Of a stretch of DNA of 16,958 nucleotides, positions 1-7,916 are shown one piece after another. Source of the DNA: Planctomycetota bacterium (GTDB lineage Bacteria > Planctomycetota > UBA1135); contig JASFYO010000063.1 in NCBI GenBank assembly GCA_045047305.1, positions 1-16,958 on the forward strand, in the 5' to 3' direction. A model generated the notes under the pieces. It was given only the letters and a program-made list of their open reading frames with translations, did no database searches and was not told where the DNA came from. The translations under genes were made by a program, and so were the position numbers. Each line of letters starts with the position of its first letter. The stretch's first letter is position 1.

Positions 1-2558
1 CTTGGCCACAACACTTCCACCTGCACTGGGCCTTTATGTTGCCCAAATCCAATCGTAAGCGTAGCGCTATTTTGCGCGCCAAGCCCCTCTCCGCAGCGGT
101 ATTCGCGCAGGATGGTTTGCTCCCCGACCACCATTCGTATGCGCGCACCAATGCCGTCGCGATTGCTCCATTCGCTAGATGCTTCCGCCAACTGGTTGCC
201 ACCCTCCAAGCGGATGTGAATCACACCGCCATGCTTTTGGTCGGGCAGTAGTTTTTGAAACTGATTGCGAAACAGCTGTACAAAAGGTGCATTCGCGTTC
301 ACCATGACAAAATCCTGAAAGCCATCGTGATCATAATCCAATAACGCAAAGGTACGACTATCCCACGGCACATCCGCGCCGGAAATGCCGGAGACTTCGA
401 GAAAGTCTTGTCCAACCTGATTCATCCACAAATGATTGCGTTCATGCCCGCTCCAAGAAGCGCCACGCCCAACGCCGCCAGGTTCGACCACGGCGACGGC
501 GGAGCGTCCACTACGACTCTCGCGAATGGTGTCATCTCGGTCCACGACCGAGCGCCAAAAACTACTTCAGACATCGACATCAATCGCTGCTTCCTCCGGT
601 GCGGAATAAAAGCCGGCAGGCGCGTAGAGATCTAACCAACCATCATTATTGAAATCGGCAAACTGCGCGCCCCATCCCCAACCGCCAGGCTCCACCGGAA
701 TCGCAGGGCGTTCGATGCCAGATACTTTTTTCCAAGCCGCAATGGGGCCCTCGTTATGAAAGAGAGAGTTACCCGCACCAAGGGCGCTGTAAATCGGATC
801 CAAGGAAGCTCCATCGGCAATCAGCTGTGCATCGTAGTTGGCCAATCCCTTGGTGAAGAAGCTGGTCACCCGACGCGCGGCTTTGGAGAACATGTTGGTG
901 ACATACAGATCCTGTAGACCATCATTATCGTAATCACCCCAAGTGGCACCCATGCCAAAACCAACATCGACCACGCCAATTTCTAGTGAGACATCGGTGA
1001 ATTTGCCTTCTCCTTCATTGCGGAAAAGGTAATTCGGTGCAAAATCATTCGCGCAGTAAAGATCGGCATCCCCATCGTTGTCGTAGTCAGCCCAAGTGGA
1101 CTGATAGCAATTGCGGAAAATGCGTAAATCGTCGGCGCCCTTGGCTACCTCAAACTTTCCGTTACCCAAATTATGTAACAAGACATTAGGCGGTCCAGGG
1201 CGATTGGTATCGACTTCTAAAGTTTGCGCTTGCTCTAACATCATGCCGTGCAAAGCTTCAAAATCATCTGCCGGCAAATATTGGCGCAGGTGGAATTCTG
1301 CTTCCTGACGTGATGCGTTTTTATTTGCTCCACGTATGGAGTTGATGCCGAAGTTCACAAAGTTGGCGGCATAAGTGGAACAATAAATATCCAATAAGCC
1401 ATCGTTGTCGTAGTCCACCGCGTTGAGTGAGGACACAAAGTAGGGCATATCCTCTTGCGCAATCCAATCTCCAGTTCGATCCACCCAAGTACCACCGGTG
1501 TTTTCGAGAACGCGACAACGCTCTAGAGTTCCGCCAAGGAAACAATCGACATCGCCATCGTTATCCAGATCCACGAACATGGCCGACGCGGTGTTGCCAT
1601 CGAAGTCTAGGCCTAGATCGGCCGCGACTTCCTCGAAGGTGCCATCGCCTCGGTTATGGAACATCATGTTGCGGCCAGAGCGCCCCTGAATATAGAAATC
1701 GTCGAAGCCATCCTTGTCGTAATCCACAACCGCGCAGGTTGGGTGTACCTCACCGGCACTTGGACGCCAGGAAAGATAGGGCTTCTTCCACTTTCGCCCC
1801 TTCTCCAAAAACTCCACCACCATTTCTTCGTGCACCGAACGACGTGCTCGCGCGAGATCGGAAGTATCGGTTACAACCTCATCCAAGACCTCGGTAAAAA
1901 TGGCTAAGTCCGACTGCATAAACTCCAAAGAACGACATTCCCAGGCAAAAATTCTCCACTCTTGCTTGCGGACGGCATCATTCCAATCCCAACCGTCCTG
2001 CAAACGCCAATCGACATCAAATTTTGCAGTCAAGTGCCCTACCTGACCATTCTTCATCCGCGCCTCGGCACTTAACTGAATCGTAGTCCGCCATTCGCGA
2101 CGCTCCACACGGTCCAACCAAACTGGAACCGGCAAATGAATCTTGGTCTGCGGATGCTCAAGCCACTCTACTTCGGCGAACAAGGACTCGAACAAACGAA
2201 TCTCTTCGGCGGCAACCATCTTGACCTCTTCGGCGCCTCCCCACACCCGGCGCCGGCCACTACCAGCATGCAACAATCCGCTTTGCGAGGTATCTAATAA
2301 TCCAAAATCACGGAAGCGAACTTGATCCTCGAAGCGGTCGCGACACAAGGCCGATGGGAAGTCTAAGTTCCCCGCTGCGATATCAAACACATGCAAGAAA
2401 CCATCACGCTTCCAGCTGGCGATTAGTCCCTCAGATGCTTCCATGCGTTCGGCCAATACATCCATAGCAGTCGGCTCCGGCTTGCCTGAGCAACCGGAGC
2501 CGAGAAGCCCGAGGACTACTGCTGCAAAAAATGCAGTGGACCTTTGCTTAGAAATCGT
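1..2558 (-). CDS. FG-GAP/CRTAC1-family beta-propeller + ASPIC/UnbV lipoprotein, paralogue B; 3'-partial; in-frame TGA at 567-569 (putative selenocysteine)
   Basis: ORF 567..2465 has six DxDxDG repeats. Manual translation past the TGA stays open to the window edge (SSFWRSVV...GASWSGHERNHLWMN...DYDHDGFQDF...NRDGIGARI...REYRCGEGLGAQNSATL...EVLWP) and is colinear with paralogue A. The frame also extends 31 codons upstream of ATG 2465 into a signal peptide with Cys (TISKQRSTAFFAAVVLGLLGSG-C). The start at 2558 (ACG) is inferred. Confidence 0.85.
536..552 (-). promoter_or_regulatory. Candidate bacterial SECIS hairpin of paralogue B
   Basis: mRNA UGA-AGUAGUUUUUGGCG-CUCGGUC-GUG-GACCGAG: perfect 7-bp stem starting 14 nt after UGA, with a loop beginning GU. 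A weak lower extension UGG/CCA is possible. Confidence 0.55.
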
Positions 2559-5500
2559 GGTGGCCCTCCCACTTACGAATCATCTTTTTCACTGCGGAGA
2601 AAGTTGGCACACCAGCATCGAGATAGAGGATGTTGCCCTCGGCATCGGTGATGATGGTTCCAGGAGTGAGTTGACTTGCATCTTCCAATTCGCCATCGAG
2701 TTTAATCTGACCCAGAATCGAATCTTGTAGGCGCTTGAACTCATCAATGTCATCGTCGCTGCGCTCGGTCAACATGATGTAGGAAGGTTGGTACGTTTTG
2801 GCATACTTCTTCATGTCGGTGATCGAATCGTCGGCGGCATTGTTGAAGCCAAAGACCACAAGTTCACTGTCATCGAAGTTTTTGGAGATGCCCGTCACCA
2901 ACGGAGCCGCACGCTTACAAGCAGAACAAGAAGCGAACCAAGTGGTGTACATGCGATACTTGGCATCGGTTTTACCTTTGGCCAAGCGCGCCAACATGGG
3001 GCTATTTCCAAGGCTCTTCACCTCGGGGTGTAAACTTGAGTCAGAAGTAATCTTGCCCCCGACTGGATTTAGGCGTCCGAACTCAAAGCCGTCGCCGTGG
3101 GGCGAATCTGCTGCGTTTTCGTAAACCGTAACCACCGTACCTTGAGCGACATCGCCGATCTCAGTGACCTTGCCGTTAGGCCACACCACGCGCACTTCCG
3201 ATGCAGAGGCGTTGGCCCCAATGCCTACCGACAGGGTGGCACTATTTTGCGCGCCTAATCCTTCACCACAACGATATTCGCGCAGGATATTCATATCCCC
3301 TGCGGTCAAATGCACCTTGGCGCCAAAACCATCGCGTGCGCCCCACTCAGTGGAAGCTTGGTTACTGCGATTACCACCGACAAAACGGAACATGGCCGGC
3401 TGCAAACGCTTGCCTTCCGGCATCAAATCTCCCATACGGTTGCGGTACACCTGAGTGTATGGACGGTTTGCACTCACTAAAACGAAATCCTGGTAGCCGT
3501 CGTGATCGTAATCGAACAGCGAGAAACATCTTCCGTCTCCAGAGTGGTCTGCACCGGAGATTCCGGTTTGCACTAAGAATTCCGAGCCCCCGTTGTTGAG
3601 GAAGAAGTGGTTGATTTCGCTTCCAGAAAAGGAAGCTCCCGAACCCATGTTGCCCGGCTCAATGACCACGCCAATGCTAGAACCTTGCTTGATGTCTTTC
3701 GACGAGTTACGCACGACCGTGCGCCAGAAAGAGCTTCACAAGTCCACATCGCGCTTCTTATCTTTGGGCGCGGTGTAGTAACCAGCTGGGGCGTAGATAT
3801 CTAACCAACCATCGTTGTTGAAGTCGGCAAACTGAGTGCCCCAGCACCAACCGGCGGTTTCCACACTGTGCAGCGGTTTACCGACGTCGGACACTTTCTC
3901 CCACGGAACTCCTGGACCATCATTGTGGAAGAGGGAATTGCCACGACCAAGCTGTTCAATCACCGGGTCGATACCTTGCCCTTGCAATAGTTCGGCATCG
4001 TAGTTCACACGACCGACGGTGAAGAAGGAGGTCACCCGGCGTGCGGCCTTGGAGAACATGTTGGCCACATAAAGATCTTGCAGGCCATCGTTATCGTAGT
4101 CACCCCAAGTCACAGCCATACCGAAACCAATATCGGCGAGCTGCATTTCTTCGGTGACATCCTCGAAGTTTCCGTTGCCATCATTGCGGAACATGTGGTT
4201 CGGCGCAAAGTCGTTGGCAATGTAAACATCGGGGTCGCCATCGTTATCAAAGTCCGACCAGGTTGCTTGGAAAGAGTTGTACAAGATGCGCAGATTTTGG
4301 GCATCTTTGGCAATCTCAAACTTTCCGTTACCCAAATTGGTGAACATCACGTTTGGTGGCCCAGGGCGGTTGGTGTGCAGGCCACCATGCTCTGATTCCG
4401 CGTGGATCCGCTCATTCAACAAATCCCAATCCTTGTCGGCAAGAAATGGCTTCAACGCGGTCAGCGCTTTTTTGCCCTTCTTCTTGTTCTTGCTAAAACC
4501 ACGCAAAAAACCGATTGCTTGCTGCACATAACGTGCGGCATAGGTGGAAACATAGATATCGAGAAGACCGTCTCCGTTATAGTCCACCACGTTGACGGCA
4601 GATGCATGAAATGGAAGTGCCTCGGTTGGAAGCCACGACCCAGAGCGATCGACAAACTTTCCATCGACGTTCTCCAAAATCCGACTGCGCACCAAAGTAC
4701 CGCCGACGAATGCGTCTAGGTCGCCATCGTTATCAAGGTCCGCGAATGCGGTGGAAGCCGTTTTCCCATCGAAATCTAAACCAAGCTCTTTGGCGATTTC
4801 AGTGAAAGTTCCATCTCCGTTGTTGTGGAAAAAAAGGTTACGCCCTTGGCGTTCTTGCACATAGAAATCATCCCATCCGTCGTGGTCGAGGTCGACCACG
4901 GCACTGGTTGGGTGACGCTCTCCCGCACTCACTTGCCATGATGGATAAGGCTTCACCATAGGCTCTTGATCACGCACACCTTGAATGAACTGACGCACCA
5001 AGCCTTCATGCAGTGATTGCCGTGCAAGCTCCAGTGAATCGCTATCGGGGATGAGCTCATCGAGCACTTCTTCAAACAACCAGCCATCGGTCTCGGTGAT
5101 TTTCAAGGACTGCACCTTCCAACTAATCACGTGCCAAGTTTGATCATCTGGATTTGGTTCATCGTAATCCGCTGGATCCAATTCCCAGATTACATCGCTG
5201 AAACCTTTCACGTTGGCCAAGCGTCCGTTCTTCATCAATGCCTTAGCAGCGAACTTCAACGAAACTTTCCACTGATGCATGGTCAATGGATCGACCCACT
5301 GTGGCACCGGAAGATTCACCTTGACCTTGGCGTACTTAAAATAATCCACGTTCTCGAACAAGGAGTCATAAAGACTTAAATCCGAGTATGCCATGGTGCC
5401 TTCTTTTCCATCCTTGGAAACGCGCACCACCTCAGGACTAACCTTCCAATGACGCACACCGGCAGTGCCTTCATTGAGGATTTCATCGTACTCTGGAAAC

Positions 5501-5775
5501 TCCTCCACCAAGCCTTGGAATTCGAACTCGTCGGCAAAGTAAAAATCACACAACTCGCCGGGGAAGCGCTTGCTTTCAATCGCCTGCCCTAACTTGTTAC
5601 GGAAACCCGTTTTGGACCATGAAAGGTTCAAGGCTTCTGACCGAACCATACGTTCGGTTTGAATTTCCATCGGAGTGACGGGAGCTTTGGGACCGCTCTT
5701 GCTGCAACCGATCGAAACAATCGCAACAAGGCCTGCGGATACCACAAGCAAAATAGGAGCTGAGAGGCGGGACAT
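2548..5775 (-). CDS. FG-GAP/CRTAC1-family beta-propeller + ASPIC/UnbV + C-terminal thioredoxin-like (CxxC) lipoprotein, paralogue A; 1075 aa if TGA 3736-3738 is read through (putative Sec680)
   Basis: ORFs 3736..5775 and 2548..3714 are in the same frame, separated only by TGA + 7 sense codons (SSFWRTV). It has an N-terminal signal peptide with VSIG-C24, six DxDxDG repeats before the TGA and one after, an ASPIC/UnbV-like region (RDGFGAKV...GEGLGAQNSATL..GIG...V.WPNG) and WFASCSACK at the C-terminus. Confidence 0.88.
3695..3732 (-). promoter_or_regulatory. Candidate bacterial SECIS element of paralogue A
   Basis: mRNA UGA + 11 nt + GCGCAC-GGUC-GUGCGU (upper stem 3709-3724), plus a 6-bp lower stem UCUUUC/GAAAGA. 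The 11-nt spacing and GGUC loop resemble the E. coli fdhF SECIS, but the bulged U is absent. Confidence 0.65.
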
Positions 5776-5918
5776 GAGGTTGACTTTGGGGGGGAGGTTC
5801 TGGTGAAACCAAAACTCATCTTAAACTGAACTGGTTTCCCAGACATATTAATCGACAACATTGTCCGACATTTCATCCCAAAAATCCCCACAAACCCAGA
5901 TAAGATTACCTCGGAATC

Positions 5919-6593
5919 ATGGTTATTAGGCTGAAACCACGCGTCGCCACCTCTGCTTGCTTAGTCGGTGAGCCCGTGCGTTATGACGGCGGGCATCGGC
6001 ATTCCCAAACCCTGACCAGTGATCTTGCAGAGCGCTGTGAATTGCTCCCCTATTGCCCCGAAATCGAGATGGGCATGTCGGTGCCGCGCGAAACGATCCG
6101 CATCGAAGCGCAGGCGAACGGGAGCTTCAGCCTCCTGGGCAACACCACTCAGACTGATTTCACTCCCGCCTTGGAGGAGCTCGTACAAACGAAGATGCAA
6201 GCCTTTGCGGAGGCCGATGTCTCCGGTTTCGTGGTCAAGGCACGTTCTCCGAGCTGCGCAGCGGGCACTTATCCCTTGGCACCTGCCAGCGATGGTCTCT
6301 TCACAGCTGCCATCCGCAAGCATTTCCCCAATCTAGCGCTCGTCGATGAAACGGAAATCGCCGTCCCCGAAAAGCTTCGGCAATTCCAAATCCGCGTCTT
6401 TGTTGCACACTTCCGCGCCGAAGCTCTACTCGATACTCTTCCCGACGCCCCACGCGCGCGGTTAGAACAGGCTCTCCCCGATTTCGCAACCGCCCGCCAG
6501 TCCGTGCTAGAACTCCTGCATTCTCTGCCGCTCGCCGTCGAACATCGGCCCCTCTTGGATTCCCTCCTGAACCGCCTGGACCCTCGACCTTGA
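5919..6593 (+). CDS. DUF523 family protein (TudS / thiouracil desulfidase-like, Fe-S binding)
   Basis: Family motifs SACLVGEPVRYDG, CPEIEMGMSVPRETIR and KARSPSC, carrying three conserved Cys. Confidence 0.88.
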   Translation: MVIRLKPRVATSACLVGEPVRYDGGHRHSQTLTSDLAERCELLPYCPEIEMGMSVPRETIRIEAQANGSFSLLGNTTQTDFTPALEELVQTKMQAFAEADVSGFVVKARSPSCAAGTYPLAPASDGLFTAAIRKHFPNLALVDETEIAVPEKLRQFQIRVFVAHFRAEALLDTLPDAPRARLEQALPDFATARQSVLELLHSLPLAVEHRPLLDSLLNRLDPRP

Positions 6594-7432
6594 AAGCTGC
6601 TCCACTGAAAGCCACCATCACCCTGCGCGAAGACCTGACCCCAACTTTGGCCAGGTTCGAGTTCGATTTGGAAGGTGGAATCCCCGATTTTAAGCCAGGG
6701 CAGTTCCTGACCATCGGCCTGCCGCACCCAGAAAAGGAAGGCAAAACCCTATGGCGGCCCTACTCCATCTCCAGCCGTCCAGAACAGAAGGAGTACATGG
6801 AACTTTACATTCGTTTGGCTGAGCGTCCGGTGCCTGGATTGTTCACCACCATGTTGTGGAAGTTAGGCGTGGGCGACGTCATGGATTACAAGGAGCCGAA
6901 AGGTGCCTTCACCGTGAACCACCTGGATCCAGATGGCAAGGAGGAGACCCGGCGCTTGGTCATGATTGGAGGCGGAACCGGAGTGGCTCCCTTCGTTTCC
7001 ATGATCGGATCGCTGAAGGAAGCTGGCTGCACACGTGAGATCATCCTATGTCAGGGAGCGAGTTATCAGCAGGAACTAGGTTATCGCACGTACTTTGAAG
7101 CTCTTGCAGCGGAAAGCGAGGCCAATGGCCGCAAGGATTGGAATTTCCATTACTTGCCAAGTATTAGCCGCCCAGATGAAGAAGCCAATGCTGGCTGGAC
7201 GGGTCATACCGGGCGGGTAGAAACTCTCATCGTGCCTGGGGACGACGGCCTCAATGCCGCTGAGCGCGTGGTCGGTGAGGCATTTACGCCGGAAAACGCA
7301 TCGTTCTATATCTGCGGCTTTGGCGCCATCGTGGACAGCATCTGCGATACGGTGAAAGACCGTGGCTTTGTCGCGCGCAAAGAAGCCCGTGAAGACGGCA
7401 GCTACGACATCCGCTTCGAGTCCTACGGCTAA
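6590..7432 (+). CDS. fpr: Ferredoxin/flavodoxin--NADP(+) reductase family FAD-binding oxidoreductase
   Basis: FKPGQF, RPYSISS (FAD), GGGTGVAPF (NADP), FYICG and C-terminal ESYG motifs. The TTG start overlaps the upstream TGA (TTGA). Confidence 0.85.
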   Translation: MKAAPLKATITLREDLTPTLARFEFDLEGGIPDFKPGQFLTIGLPHPEKEGKTLWRPYSISSRPEQKEYMELYIRLAERPVPGLFTTMLWKLGVGDVMDYKEPKGAFTVNHLDPDGKEETRRLVMIGGGTGVAPFVSMIGSLKEAGCTREIILCQGASYQQELGYRTYFEALAAESEANGRKDWNFHYLPSISRPDEEANAGWTGHTGRVETLIVPGDDGLNAAERVVGEAFTPENASFYICGFGAIVDSICDTVKDRGFVARKEAREDGSYDIRFESYG

Positions 7433-7438
7433 ACCGGG

Positions 7439-7867
7439 TTAGGAATACTCGAGGTCAGGAATCGGAGCCGTGTTGGGCGCCAAGAAGAAACGCTCGATCT
7501 TGGTTTGGAAAAAAGTGCCATCTTCGTACTCCCAAATGAAATGCCCTTCCATCGTGCCCCAAGATGTGTCCATCGGGCAACCACTGACGTAATCGTACTG
7601 CTCATTCGGGGCTAGTCTTGGGTACTCCCCAATCACACCGGGTCCTTCCACCACGTGTTCCTCGTTATCCGCATTGCGAATGACCCACCGACGCGAGCGT
7701 AAAGTCGCGATGCGATGGCCGACGTTCTTGAGTAGAACCCGATAAGCAAAGTGATAACGGCCTAAACTCGGGTCGGAATGCTCCGGCAGGTAAGTCGCTG
7801 CAACTTGCACACGAATTCCTTTCGTAGTGCAGTCCGAATGACCGGTTTGTGGGGTTACGTCTGCCAT
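7439..7867 (-). CDS. apaG: ApaG (DUF525) protein
   Basis: Motifs YHFAYRV, LRSRRWVI, VEGPGVIGEYP and YVSGCPMDTSWGTMEG. Start moved to ATG 7867 (MADVTPQ) because the longer ORF would overlap the divergent gene. Confidence 0.92.
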   Translation of the reverse strand: MADVTPQTGHSDCTTKGIRVQVAATYLPEHSDPSLGRYHFAYRVLLKNVGHRIATLRSRRWVIRNADNEEHVVEGPGVIGEYPRLAPNEQYDYVSGCPMDTSWGTMEGHFIWEYEDGTFFQTKIERFFLAPNTAPIPDLEYS

Positions 7868-7916
7868 AACCTTAGAATAGAGGTTATTGAGCCCTCCAAC
7901 CAGTCGGAATCTCAAC

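Noticed and set aside
2548..2582. Programmed frameshift fusing paralogue A to B
   Set aside because: B begins with its own signal peptide and Cys and has an SD-like sequence, so separate initiation is simpler.
2548..3714. Independent 388-aa gene starting at GTG 3714
   Set aside because: It has no SD or signal peptide, the start lies inside a hairpin, and the conserved SSFWR peptide lies upstream of it. Disfavoured but not formally excluded.
567..3738. Both CRTAC1-like genes are pseudogenes with nonsense mutations
   Set aside because: The same codon sits at the same position in two well-diverged paralogues, with intact frames and conserved peptide on both sides. Decay would not preserve this.
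6591..6593. Readthrough of the DUF523 TGA (likewise the M1 peptidase TGA at 15721-15723)
   Set aside because: Another in-frame TGA follows after four sense codons in both cases, and both overlap the next gene's start.
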